Part shown: positions 22,411 through 64,000 of the stretch, piece after piece | Numbering within the stretch: position 1 is the first letter of the stretch | How the letters are laid out: every line of letters starts with the position of its first letter | Assembly: GCF_009914755.1 (NCBI RefSeq) | Contig: NC_060936.1 | DNA from: the human T2T-CHM13v2.0 reference genome, Homo sapiens | Length of the DNA stretch: 64,000 nt | Reading direction: 5' to 3' (one strand) | The notes under the pieces: model-generated | The model's database searches: none | The model's input: only the letters and a program-made list of their open reading frames with translations | What the model was told of the DNA's origin: nothing | Made by a program: the position numbers and the translations under genes

Positions 22411-23234
22411 TGTTTTTTCCACATTTTCTATAATAAACATATATAATTTTTATTTTATAATAATATAAATATCTATAATTTTTATTTTTAAATGTGTTGG
22501 CATATATGAAAATAAAACAATTATATATACAATATGAAAGAAGTTTTTTAAAAAGATAAATTTTCAGGCCACTTACATGGAGGTGATAGTGGAAGTCATG
22601 GAAAGAAATCAGATTATAAAGGGAGAAAGTATAGTGAGAATAGGAAGCTGAGCAGGGCTATGGTGAACCCGGCATTTAAGGGGCAAAAAGACTGAGTTAA
22701 TGGATCATGGGAGTAAGTGGTTAGATTAGAAAATGGAGAACCAGATAGTAGTCATGTCAAGAAAAGCAAATGAAAGGAAGAACTAGACAAGTTGTTCACT
22801 TGGTCAATTATTGCCAAGGGGTAAGGACCGTTAGACAGAAACCACTGGATACTATGCATGGACAGACAGCTTTCCTGTAGTGCTGGAAGCCAAATTTTTG
22901 CTCAGACGCCAAAGCTGAGCAAATGTTACCTGTTTAGTAAAACTGACTATGAAATAAAAGAAGTCCCGGGGCATTAGCTTGAATTTCAGTTTATGGAGAA
23001 AAAAAAGATTGTGGAAATCTAAAACTAAGTAAAGCGGATATTGGGACTAATTTATGGGTAATGAAACAAAAATGGCAATACTTTGTGCAAGACAAAACAT
23101 ATTTGAAGGACTGTAAAGTTTTCCATATCATAAACTCTGTTACAGAATAATTAAGGGGGAAAATAGATCCACACTTGTTATCAGAAGTACAAAAAAGTTG
23201 CATCTTTTTTTCCCCTAAAGATGAAAGTTCTTAG

Positions 23235-23566
<332 letters not shown>

Positions 23567-25624
23567 CAGGGTAGTAGTATTAAGAAATTATTTAAAAGAA
23601 CATCAAAAGAATGTAAAATTTTCATGGTATCATGTTAACTTCTTATGAGTGGACACAGGAAGTCTCTAGAAAGTTTTCACGTGTCAAGAAATCATCTGAC
23701 ATGCTGAATAATGGATTGCTTGTTAGGTCAAACTCCATCCTTTTTATGAAAAGAGGTCTTCAGTAGCACAATAATTTGACTGAGTCTTGAGGACTCTGCA
23801 CCCAGCTTCAGAATAAACTCATCAGTATGGTCCTACCTTATCATCCACCATAGACTCTCAACTCCATAATCATTAAGTAGAAACTACTTCATTTACAACC
23901 ACTGGTTTGTTAGTAACCTGAAGAGGCTGTGTTAAGTAACCTCACCTGGAGATTACTGTATGCAATCTAAAATGAAGTACCTTAAGTTTCTATCAAAAAA
24001 CATACAGTGAAAGACAATAGCAAACTTAAAAAACAATTGCCTTTTCTAATGGAAATTACTAACTTAGGACTCGTTATATATTTTCCTATCTGCAGAAAGG
24101 GTACAATTCTAATCTAAAAGTCATCTATCTAATAGTGTATGGAATTAAGAATGCCTGAAACTAGTTTCACTGTCAATTTAAATAATAAATTCTTCCAATT
24201 TGTGGTTAGGTGCCCTATTATGCCAAAGATGTCTAATGAACTCCCACACTCTCAATATTCTTTTGTGTCTGTGTGTGTGTCTTTGATAAATTTTTTTGGT
24301 ACGAGGGCTCTAAGTTAATTGCAGTTAACTGGTGAAAAATACCAGAGAAAATATAAGAATTTGAAACCTGAAGAAACACTAGTCAAAATTATACTTAAAA
24401 ACATTTTTCCCCACCCACCTATCTACCCTGTCTTCCCCACCCAAGAAAAAAAGAAAGAGAAAAACATTTTGAGGGCATCTTAGCAGGAAAAAGTATCCCC
24501 TGTCACCAAGATGTGAATTGTTTTAGCTTCTGAAGCTTTCTTTTAGAATTATTAGGTTGAAATTTAGCCCCACCTTTAACCAGAGTCTGGAACAAAGCTT
24601 GAGTGTACCAAGTTAAAGAAAGTTATACAATGAGGTAATTTTTACAAAATGGCACTCCTTTGCTAATGTTGCCAATATACTGTTCTCTTCCCAGGGACTA
24701 CCTGATAACAACACTTCCCAGCCCAATACAGAACAGTGGAAACAGATCCAACTATTTACTAAATGCCACATTAACAACAGGGTCTAATCCCATTTTCCAT
24801 AGGCCATAGAATTGGAGGAAGAGAGGGTAAGAAATATGAAAGTGATACAAATACATAGATTGAAGAGAATCACTCATTATTACTCAGAGGTTTTTGTTTT
24901 TAAGGAAAAGCAGAAGAGAGAATTAAAAAACAAAACAAAACACCTATATTCCCTATGCTCCTACAGTACCCTGGGCTGACCTCTAGTATAGAAATGACCT
25001 CACTAATACCATAAATTGTATGTGGATCTGTCTAACCCATTTGATTTTAAGTTCTTTTAGGGTAAAGACGTTTGGCACTTTGAATCTACAGTAGGACTGA
25101 CATGAAAGGCACTCAATATTTTGTCCAAAGAATGAAATAAGTTCCTAAACTAATTACCTAGTACATTATATGTTGTTCTATCAATGCAAAACAAGAAAAC
25201 ATATATGAACACACACTTTTTTTTGCCTTCTTTCACGCCAACTCTATAATTTTTTGAAGATCTATCTAAAACGTGATCATCCTGCACCCAGGTTATACCT
25301 CTACAGGAACTTAGAACATGTTGTTAGGGGTCATGTTCTTTTGTGTCTACATCATACCTCAGAAGAAAGGATTGGTGTTATTTCATGGCTCCTGAAATAT
25401 TTAGCATTTGTGAATAGTATTGGTAACCAAGCAGATAAAAGGTACTGTGTTAAACCATTTAAATCAAGAGCAAAAGAAAGAATACTTAATGCAAAAGAAA
25501 ACCTCTCCCCAAAATGGGCATTGCCTTAAAAACTGATAACTCCCTAATTACCTTTGACTAACCTGAAAAGTCAAGTCAATTGAACCATCTGGATTAGGCA
25601 GATCTGGATTAGGCAGACTTATCT

Positions 25625-25773
25625 TTTATTTTTATTTATTTATTTATTTTTTTGTAGAGACAAGGGTCTCGCTAAGTTGCCTTGGCTGGTCTCAAACACC
25701 TGGGCTCAAGCGATCCTCCCGCCTCAGTTTCCCAAAGTGTTGGGATTATAGGCGTGAGCCACTGCGCCCGTCC
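25625..25773 (-). mobile_element. FLAM (Alu monomer)
   Basis: Monomer consensus; TSD aggcagactt. Confidence 0.85.
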
Positions 25774-26289
25774 AAGGCAGACTTTTGAAAGCTGGAATTA
25801 GGTGCAAGACAATAGTAGTTCAAATATCTCTCACCAGGATCAGCTAAACCGTTCTTGCAAGCATCAGTAAGGAGGCTAGGAAGGGTGCCAGATGGTTCGT
25901 TCCTAGCAGCTACAACTTCAAGCTTTAGTATGTGTAGCCAGGGGTGTACAATTACCTTACATTAACACCAACATATGTCGGGGGCAAGTGCCAGCGATAT
26001 ATACACGATAGCGATTCGGGGATGACACATCGGCTGCAAGGACTGCTATATTCTCAACATTCCTCAAAAGGGTGTAAGTGTCTTAAACAGAGTTCAGCTG
26101 GCGTAATGGAAGGGAGAAAAAATCGAAAAGAGAGGGAATGGCTGAAAATGAAGGAAAAAGAACAGTTGAATATTACAGTATTTCCCTGGAAGGAGGGTAT
26201 TTGGAGTTTTAATGAATTGTCACCTTCCTCCACCACACCAGAAAGTATACAGTTAGAATGCAGTGTTCTCGGTGGGAGAGGACGGGGTA

Positions 26290-26900
26290 TTTGCAGCTCC
26301 CGCCCTTGGGCAGCAAAGGCTCAGCCCGACATAAGCACTCCCCACCCAGCGCAGGCCCCAGAAGTGAGGAAAGAACGGAGGATCAGCGTCCCTCGACCCC
26401 TTATCTCGAGGGGGAGGGACTCACACTCCTTGCACTCCCCCCGCCCCAAAAGTCGAAGGAGAAAGAGGGTGTGGAGAGAAGCCGGGGTCTTCCCGCACTC
26501 TCCGGTTGTGGAGAGAGAAGGCCCTTACCTGGCTAAAAGCCGCCTTTCCTCTGCGCTGCTACCAGCCCTGTCACAGGTCCCGGCGCTCTACCTAGCGCAC
26601 CTGTCGCGACCAAGCTGCTAACACCTACTGCTCCTGCGGCCCCGCCCCGGACCCCGCCCACCGCCGCGGGGGCGCGCACGCCAGACAGCCTCCCGTGCGG
26701 CCTCGGGCTGAGCGTGCGCGCCACCGGCTACGTGCCCAGCGCTCGCGTCTGCTCCAGTCGCTCTGGCGGTGCGGGGCGCTGGCGACGGGACAGGGTTTTT
26801 GCTGCCCGGGGCCTAGTCTACCTCGGCACGCCTTTCTCTGAAGGAGACACGCACTTGCACGACGTGGGCCTCTGTGCAGCTCTACTTTGTCCTTAACTCC
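26290..26900. promoter_or_regulatory. CpG-island promoter with Sp/KLF GC boxes, no obvious TATA box
   Basis: Only CpG-dense non-Alu tract in the window; CCCCGCCCC at 26640-26648 and CCCCGCCC at 26652-26659 directly upstream of the minus-strand exon; TACGTG at 26729-26734. Confidence 0.9.
26529..26635 (-). other. LIMA1: Non-coding first exon (5' UTR) of LIMA1 / EPLIN-beta; TSS position approximate
   Basis: Minus strand reads GCAGTAGGTGTTAGCAGCTTGGTCGCGACAGGTGCGCTAGG...GAGGAAAGGCGGCTTTTAGCCAG|GTAAGG, a strong 5' splice donor at 26529/26528 inside a CpG island. Sequence recalled as the LIMA1 mRNA 5' end; no ATG in the exon. Not verified by alignment. Confidence 0.82.
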
Positions 26901-27498
26901 TCTGACTCAACGTTATCGCAGTTTGACTCTGGAGCCACTCAGGTTTTTCCTAAGCTCAACTCTAGCCAGCTAGGTTCCTGGTGCTTTGGGGGTAAGTTGT
27001 GTGCAGGGAGGGTGTTTTACAGGAGGCTGTGTGGTGTAGTGGAAAAAGCTGAATTAAGTACATTAATCCTGAAAACGGTTTGACAAGGGCAGATGACGTC
27101 CAAGTTCTCCAACAGCTGTTTTTACTCCTCCATTCAGAATAGGAGCTGTGCTAATGGTTTGGAGACCGTCAATTGGCCTAGCACTTGGCCATCCTGCCCC
27201 CAAATTCTTGTCCCAGTTCCGTGCCAGCTGCATGATGCCTTTTGATAGTATCCTTCTTTCCTGTACCTCAAGCATAGTAGGGTTTCAGACCACAAGTTTT
27301 CTGAAGCTTTTCGGAATTCATGCAGCTTGATGCGTTATTAGTAGGGGCTGCTCGTGGGAAAACGCTTGTAATTACACTTCCTCAAGAAGTTAATGAAAAT
27401 GTGTGAGAAGAGAGATTTCCAACAGGTGATGAATATGCCAGCCAGTTATTCCCTTCTTCCTTCAAATATCCAGCCTAGACTGATTTCTGGATAGGTAT

Positions 27499-28155
<657 letters not shown>

Positions 28156-28914
28156 GTATCAAGTATCAAGACTCCAGCAAAAGTGGCAGACAGCATGGGA
28201 ATGCTAAAGAGCATACAATATCAATACAGGATAGTACTCCAGAAAATACGTTACCCTGCATGTGGCGTTCCCTCAATAGATGTCTCCCCTCCCCCCAATT
28301 TTTTTTTAGCTCTGTGCTTTAGTGGATACAAAAATTACTTGCTTTCCCAAAGCCTCCTTTTGAAGATAGAGCTAGCATTAGGTTGATTGCTAAATTTTCA
28401 GGGATTTTATGAGCCAGGTCATAAGCACAACCATTATTAGAAATCAAATTATATAAGCTACAATTAAATTATCTTAAAAATAAAAGTAATAGGCCAGGCA
28501 TGTTGAGTCACATTTGTAATCCCAGTGCTTTGGGAGGCTAAGGCGGGAAGATGGCTTGAGGCTAGAAGTTTGATGTTGCAGTGAGCTATGATCACACCAC
28601 TGCACTCCAGCCTGGGCAACAGAGTGAGACCCTATTTCTAAAAAAAAATTTTTAAATATAATAAATATTAAAAACTCATCACTTTGTAGTTTTTTTCTTC
28701 ATTTTACTAATAATTCTGCTCTTGAGGTTATTTGTCCATTGTATCCCCTGTGGAAATACTACATATGTTGTATGCATCTCTTCCCAACTCTATTCAGAAA
28801 TGTCACATTGGTAGCACGAAATTGGCTGTAAGGGGAGTATTTACACCATGGAAATGGGCAAATGCAGCAAGTCAGGGCGTGATTTATTGTTTTGTTGATT
28901 TTTCTAGACCATAT

Positions 28915-29058
28915 GTTAGCAAACCTTTTGTGTAAAGAGCCAAATAGTAAATATTTTAGGCTTTGTGGGACTTATAGTCTCTGTCACAGCTACTCAGCTC
29001 TCACTGTAGTGCCAAATGTGCCAAAGTAGCCATAGACAATACTTAAAGAATGGGCATG
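28915..29058 (+). mobile_element. MER58A 5' part (hAT-Charlie) nested in Blackjack, 3' part lost at the adjacent Alu
   Basis: 'gcaaaccttttgtgtaaagagccaaatagtaaatattttaggctttgtggg...gccatagacaatac...gaatgggcatgg'. Confidence 0.8.
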
Positions 29059-29363
29059 GGCCAGGTGCAGTGGCTCACACCTGTAATCCCAGCACTTTGG
29101 GAGGCCCAGGCAGGGATCACTTGAGGCCAGGAGTTAGAGACTAGCCTGGCCAACATGGCAAAACCCTGTCTTTACAAACAAATAAAATAAACAGACAAAA
29201 AAGCTGGGTGTGGTGGTGTGTGCCTGTAATCCCAGTTACCTGGGAGTGTGAAGTGGGAGGATGCCTTGAGCCCAGGAGTTGGAGATTGTAATGAGCCGAG
29301 ATCACACCACTGCACTCCAGCCTGGGCGACAGAACAAGACCCTGTCTCAAACAAAAAACTCAT

Positions 29364-32410
<3,047 letters not shown>

Positions 32411-33095
32411 AAGAGTATTTTATATTTATTATTTGTAAGCTGTAAGCTACACATGCTTTATATTAGTAACATTTTTATAGATTTATATAGATAGATATAG
32501 ATATGCACACATTATCTCCCCAGGGAGCTGGTTGTTTATTAGCACATTAATGAGTAGTATGTATTTTTAGGGGTAATGTGAAGCTCAAACAAGAAAATGT
32601 ATGTAAAATATTTGGTATTGCTTACTACAAACTTGATAATAAATGTTAACTCTGTTCCCACTTTCCACCCTACCTGCTTTGTTCTTTCCTGAACAAGTTA
32701 CTTAACTTTTCAACCATAGTTTCCTAATGGGAATTACAGGTTCATTCCTAATTGACTTTTGGGGATTCAATAAAATGGCATGTCTTACTTAGCTGACAAA
32801 CTAGGAGCTTAGATTTCTGTTCCTCCTTCTTCTTTTAGTATATAAAGGTGTAATTCATTAAGCATTTGGTAAAATGAAACTTCTGCCATGTCCTTAGGAA
32901 TAAACCAAAGAAAAATGTTCCAAAATTATTTATAGTTAATAATCTCATATATTGTTATTTATCTAGATCTAGTCTACTTACTGCCAAACTTTTTTTTCAT
33001 TTCAGTTTATAGTTATAGTTGATCAATCAGATGTCTTTTTTTTGGTAAATATTCTTGTTTTTTATTTTGTTCTTATTCCTGGCAAGCTATGATAG

Positions 33096-35907
<2,812 letters not shown>

Positions 35908-36509
35908 TAGGCTGGAGTAAGTACAATTTTTAAATTCTGCTTCCCTTACTTCATACTTCTATAGGTAAAAGTCATTCATTTTTAAATACAATAAATATTT
36001 ATTAAGTACATACAATATGCCAGGTACAGTGTGAAGCACTGAGGATTCACTGGAGAACAAGACAGTGATTCAGTGGGATGAATAATTAAATAGGTGGAAT
36101 ACTTTAGATAACTGTGTTATGGTAAGGGAAATACAGGAGGCTAGTAGCCCTTAGGAGGGGTACTTATCCCAGAGTTGGGAATCAAGGATGTCTTCGTAGT
36201 AGAGGAATTGATGTCTAAATTGAATGGTAAATAGGTATTAGCAAGGCAGAGGTGTGTATCATTATGTGTGTGTGTGTGTGTTTGGTTGGCTCGCTGAAAG
36301 GTTAGATGGGGTAGGATCAACAGGGGAGAACAAAGCATTATAGGGCTATGTTTACTTTAAAAATGGGAAAATACAGTATAGCTTAAGTCTAGGTTGTAGG
36401 AGGTGGTACTTACAGATGAAGGTGAAAAGCTAAGCAGGGACTAGATCTTATAAGGCATGAAGACATGTTAAGGAGTTTGAGTTCTGTCTTAGGAGAACTG
36501 GGGACCTCT

Positions 36510-36979
36510 TAACCCTGTGCCTTAAAGCTAAAGACTACCTATATCAGAATCACCTAGAGGTCTGGTTAAAAATGCTCATTTCCGGCTGGGCATGGTGGCT
36601 CACGCCTGTAATCCCAGCACTTTGGGAGGCCGAGGCAGGCGGGTCACAAGGTCAGGAGATCGAGACCATCGTGACTAACACGGTGAAACCCCGTCTCTAC
36701 TAAAAATACAAAAAAATTAACAAGGCGTGGTGGCGGGTGCCTGTAGTCCCAGCTACTCAGGAGGCTGAGGCAGGAGAATGGCGTGAACCGGGAGGCGGAG
36801 CTTGCAGTGAGAGGAGATCGCGCCATTGCACTCCAACCTGGGTGACTGAGAGAGACTCCGTCTCAAAAAAAAAAAAAAAAAAAAAAAATGCTCATTTCTA
36901 TTTTCTGCCCCAGATCTAAAAATCAAAATCACTGGAGTGAAGTCCCCAAATCTGTATTTTTAACAATACTTCCAAGTAA

Positions 36980-36980
<1 letters not shown>
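36510..36980. mobile_element. MER5-type MITE interrupted by an AluY (+, 36583-36888)
   Basis: 'atcagaatcacctagagg...ttaaaaatgc' and 'aatctgtatttttaacaa'; Alu TSD aaaaatgctcatttc. Confidence 0.75.
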
Positions 36981-39923
<2,943 letters not shown>

Positions 39924-40446
39924 AGGCTGAATGTTATACGTGTGAACAATTGGCATTCTTCCCAAACATCTCTTACTCTAACCGGAAATATATGTGTATA
40001 TTAAAGGTATTTTCTGTAACTAATTTCTAGGATAGTAAGTTATCATTGTATTGAATGTGCATTTTTATGCGTAAGAAGTAATTAGGCATTCTTTGCCTGA
40101 GCTTCATTTTTCTCCAAATATAAAAAAGGGAGTAAAATAAACTCATCATGTGGAAATCTTTAAAATAACCAAAACCAGGTTCTATTAAAGAATAATGAAA
40201 AAATATATAGAACATTTCAAAGGGTAAACCAGAATAAATTCTGTTCTTTGGGAACAACAGTTAGCCACATAAATACCACAAATCAAGGAAGGGGATTTCC
40301 TGACTTCCGCTTCCAAGCAATTCCAATAAATGAAGGAGGAAGTTATTTTCCTTTTTAAAAAACTTACTGTTGGCAGGATTAGTGTACTTCCTTTCACTCT
40401 TTTAGGATGTTAAACGCACATACACGAATATTCCTGTACTTCATAA

Positions 40447-41110
<664 letters not shown>

Positions 41111-42086
41111 CTTTCTCACTTCTCCCAGGCTTAGAAGTTTTCTGGAGGTAAATTGCATAGCCCACAGCTGAAGTTGATCTCTTGGTTCTTCCTCATTCTT
41201 TTTTAGTAACAGAATGATAGAAGTTTGAAAAGTACTGGAGGACAGGAGAACACCTGAGCTCAGGGATCAGACTCTAGGATAAGAAACTAGTTCAGCAGGA
41301 AGTGTGCACTGTCAGCCTCTTAAGGATCATATGCTCAAGGTGTCCAATCCCATCGCACATGTTTAATACCTCAAATGTCACTTGATGGTAGAAGACTCTC
41401 TAGGGAACTCTGAGAACAGTACCCAGCTGTAGTGGAAGGCTCACCTGAGAGCACCTTTTAGTCTTTCTCTATCCTTCTTTGTCCTCATGTAATTTAATTA
41501 TGTCCTTTCTTGCTGCAGCTTTTAAATTCAAAGACCTTTGTTATTAGTGTCTGTCACCTTAAATTACCAGATTTGGGCTCTCTTCACTTCCTCCCACCCT
41601 TATCCTGTGAAACAGACAGTGGTACTGCCTAATTTGTTTCTGGTTGTTCCTCCCATCTCCCCAACACACCTGACATTTAACAATTAATTTTATTCCAAAA
41701 AGCAGAAAAAACATTTTCCAAATGCCCTAGCTATTTATTGAGAAGCTCTCCACATCCATATTAGCAAATAACAGATTTTCAGTTATGTGTGCAAATATCT
41801 CAATGTACTTTAGGGATCATACAGAATAATGGTCAATTTTTATATTCAGAATATTGGCCAAAACATAAAATAGTCTCAATTGGACTGGTCATACTAATTT
41901 ATAGTTATATCTGTATCAGTATTCCCATATTATTGAAGAACAAAATGAAGATTAGACTTTTATATACTGTTTATGTACTATATGCTATATACTGTTTATG
42001 CCCTGAGAATATAAAAAGTACAATATTTGGACCTTATACCTAAGTTTCAAGGAAGGCAAGCTAGTGTTAGAACTTAAAGTTCCTAA

Positions 42087-43352
<1,266 letters not shown>

Positions 43353-43636
43353 CACTCAGATGTTAATACTGTTTCTGGAAAGACTTCTTGTTAAGGAAAT
43401 ACTTAAATGTCTTCATTGATCAAGCCATTGTTAAAAGGATATTCTGCTATATGTTACTGAAAGCAACATTAAAAGCAATTTTGTTTGCAGTTAAAGCACC
43501 TGACTTTATTTAGGTGTTCGTTCAGGTTTTCAAAGATCTGATTATTTAAGTCTTATATAAAATTTTCTGGAACAGAAAAAGTAGAAATATTCTCCAGCTC
43601 TTTCTATAAAGTTGTGATAACTTGAAACCAAACCAT

Positions 43637-44221
43637 CAGTGTGGCGATTCCTCAGGGATCTAGAACTAGAAATACCATTTGACCCAGCAGTCCCATTACT
43701 GGGTATATACCCAAGGGATTATAAATCATGCTGCTATAAAGACACATGCACACGTATGTTTATTGCGGCACTATTCACAATAGCAAAGACTTGGAACCAA
43801 CCCAAATGTCCAACAACGATAGACTGGATTAAGAAAATGTGGCACATATACACTATAGAATACTATGCAGCCATAAAAAATGATGAGTTCATGTTCTTTG
43901 TAGGGACATGGATGAAGCTGGAAACCATCATTCTCAGCAAACTGTTGCAAGGACAAAAAAACCAAACACCACATGTTCTCACTCATAAGTGGGAATTGAA
44001 CAATGAGAACACATGGACACAGGAAGGGGAACATCACACACCAGGGCCTGTTGTGGGGTAGGGGGAGGGGGGAGGGATAGCATTTGGAGATATACCTAAT
44101 GTTAAATGACGAGTTACTGGGTGCAGCACACCAACATGGCACATGTATACATATGTAACTAACCTGCACGTTGTGCACATGTACCCTAGAACTTAAAGTA
44201 TAATAATAATAAAAAAAAAAA
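43637..44221 (+). mobile_element. 5'-truncated primate L1PA (about L1PA4) 3' end
   Basis: ORF2 C-terminal peptide WRFLRDLELEIPFDPAVPLLGIYP...; G-rich 3' UTR; 'cctgcacgttgtgcac' (non-Ta); poly(A); TSD gaaaccaaacca. Confidence 0.93.
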
Positions 44222-44224
44222 GAA

Positions 44225-47365
<3,141 letters not shown>

Positions 47366-47755
47366 CCGATGTTGTCTTCTATAAGTAACTTTCATCCTAG
47401 TTGGAGATAATCACCACATACTTGCAAGAAAGACTTTATCCTTATCCTCTTGTTCTGTCTTCTGCTTGAGGCTTTGGATAAAGGCAAAGCCCTTTTAAGC
47501 CCAAGCAGGACAAAGTCCAAATCTGAAAATTGCACTATCCTCCAAAGGTCTTTACCTTCCAATGAGTCAGATAATTTTGGATCATTCCCATTAATGAGTC
47601 ATGCTGACCAAATGTAGTTTTTGTGTATTTCTTGCTACAACTTTTAAATATTCCCTTCCTTCCCTTTCTACATTTGTTGAGTGACTACTGTGGAAACAAG
47701 ACTCAGAAAGTTAACAGGCTCTTGTATAAAAGTATTTTAGTAATTTAACAAACTA

Positions 47756-48102
<347 letters not shown>

Positions 48103-48169
48103 CTATATACTCAAGGATCAATTTTCTGTTTTAATAAAAAATCCAAATTTTTACTTTTAGTATACCATC

Positions 48170-49566
<1,397 letters not shown>

Positions 49567-49629
49567 CCATCACGTACAATTTTATAATAAATAATTCACA
49601 AACTTTTTACCCATCTTATGAATAAGCTC

Positions 49630-52882
<3,253 letters not shown>

Positions 52883-52962
52883 TATACTCCTTCTCTCTCT
52901 CTCTCTCTCTCTTTTTTTGTTTAATTACTAAATTGTCAGAGCATATAAAATTTATATACAAT

Positions 52963-53434
52963 TGCAGGGGAAGAAAGATTTATTTTCTCACCTGTTACTG
53001 GGTACATGGCTGAGATCCCTATAACAAAAGCCAAATTAACAAGAGAAAAGCATGGAAATTTATCTCACAAGTCTTTACATGACACAGGAGCCTTCAGAAA
53101 TGAAGACCCAAAGAAACAGGGAAAATTGTATGTTTTATGCTCAGTTTGATGGAATGTGAACAGTCAAGGGGAAATATGATTGGAGGAGAAAGGGGTATGA
53201 ACTAATGGGAAAAAATTCGGAGAAACTCAGCAAGGTCTGTTTGTTCAGATTCTCTCCTATGTCCCTCTGTCTTCAGAGATAAGGATGTTCCCTTCCTCTG
53301 GGCATAGGGAGGGTACCTCTCACATGAGGGTTTTGTGACCTGCTTCTGGGGAGAAGGGTGAGAGAAAAGTGAGAGTGATCATGTTTCTGCTGTTTTCTCA
53401 AATGCCAAGAGGTAGAGTGTTCTGAACCGCATCA
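52963..53434 (-). mobile_element. Solo ERV1 (MER4-group) LTR
   Basis: TG...CA termini, near-TSD caat/ctat; 'aacaagagaaaagcat...catgacacaggagccttcagaaatgaagacccaaaga' resembles MER4-group LTRs. Confidence 0.7.
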
Positions 53435-53832
53435 CTATTCATATCTCCACTTGTGTTTTAGTCTTGGATATTCAGCTAAATATATTCAACACTCGCCATC
53501 AGTCTCTTTGCTGAAGTTTTCTCAGTCCTTTCTTAGTTGGGTGCAGTTTGTTTGCATGAAGGACTAATGAGTATAATAGTCCCTGATGTTTAGCACACTG
53601 AAGACTTTTTTTCTATAGCCTTGCTACTTGTAGGACAGTTTGTTGGCATTTAGAATCCCTGGTGCACATTTTTTCCCTTCATTCAATTGTAGATGTTGCT
53701 TTACTATTTTCTGGCTTTGAGTATTGTTGAGAGCTCTGATGCCAAACTGGTTTGATATCCTTAGAAGGTAACTTGATCTTTTTGCCAGGAAGCACAGGTA
53801 ATTTTTTTTCTTTGTATTAAAGTATAATAGTT

Positions 53833-54725
<893 letters not shown>

Positions 54726-55059
54726 TAAAGGACTAAAGAATAATAGTTTTCTAGGATATATCTTAGAGTTAACCAATTTGGGTTTATTTTATTTGATGCA
54801 TGGTTTGCTCTTCCAGTATGTAGAGTCATGTCTTCTCCCACCTCCACCCAAAGTGTTAATTGAATTATAGTTGTAAATATTAATTCTATTCCATTACTTT
54901 TGTTTTCTTCTTCATGGCATCCAGAAATACATATGTTGGATCTGGTTTGATTATTTTATCACTTTGTTTTCAATCTTTTTAATCTTTTTAATTTTTCTTG
55001 GCCTTTCTTATTTCCACACTCTATATCTCAAATTATATATTTGGTCCTTACTATTCTTT

Positions 55060-56792
<1,733 letters not shown>

Positions 56793-56868
56793 CTTATGTA
56801 TCCTGTAGTTTGTCTTGGTTTCTGTTTTGGGATAGTATTTTTTTCTGGTATAGTTTCACCTGTCATAA

Positions 56869-63716
<6,848 letters not shown>

Positions 63717-64000
63717 CAGTAACTTGAGTATATGATTCTCTTTTCTTATATGGTCTTAATCTGATTTTGAAATAAAGAGTAAAGCAGCTTCTCCTCTTTT
63801 CTAGAAAAACTTATTTGTTAAAAGGATTATTTGTTCTTTGAAGTCTTGGTAAAACTCACTGTAAAACCTGATCCGCCTAAAGCTTTTTTCTTTGGATAAG
63901 GTCTTTAATTACCAATTTATTTATAGATATTTATCTGTTCATACTTAATTTATTTTCCCAATTTTGACATTTTATATTTTCTAAAAACCATCTATTTATT

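Noticed and set aside
25944-26621. 225-aa + strand ORF antisense to exon 1
   Set aside because: Starts at GTG, has no recognisable domain, and runs into a stop-poor CpG island; most likely chance
26533-26724. 63-aa minus-strand ORF over exon 1
   Set aside because: Non-ATG start upstream of the likely TSS; exon 1 is recalled as untranslated
27094-27101. CRE-like TGACGTCC upstream of the promoter
   Set aside because: Single imperfect 7/8 match; not enough evidence on its own
43639-44061. 140-aa ORF resembling L1 ORF2
   Set aside because: C-terminal fragment of a 5'-truncated L1PA with no promoter or RT domain

Overview
Primate (very probably human) non-coding genomic DNA that is extremely Alu-rich, with many L1/L2/MIR fragments, several solo LTRs and hAT DNA-transposon fossils. 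The only gene feature I can support is a CpG-island promoter (~26.3-26.9 kb) with a short non-coding first exon on the minus strand ending in a CCAG|GTAAGG donor at 26529. I recognise this exon from memory as the 5' UTR of LIMA1 (EPLIN-beta), so 1-26528 would be LIMA1 intron 1 and 26.7-64 kb upstream intergenic DNA. No protein-coding exon is evident, and nearly all listed ORFs are Alu/L1 translations. The strongest observations are: a fragmented but collinear hAT-Blackjack transposase fossil (KIAA1586-like) 2-6 kb upstream of the promoter; a candidate p53/p63 element in intron 1; an ERV1 solo LTR carrying a perfect CArG box 1 kb upstream of the TSS; HNF4/GATA/AP-1 and NF-kB/ETS/RUNX motif clusters; and several repair scars (a fold-back palindrome, local duplications). 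I found no convincing new biological system. Repeat subfamily names are from memory, repeat boundaries are approximate, and the regulatory calls are motif-level hypotheses.
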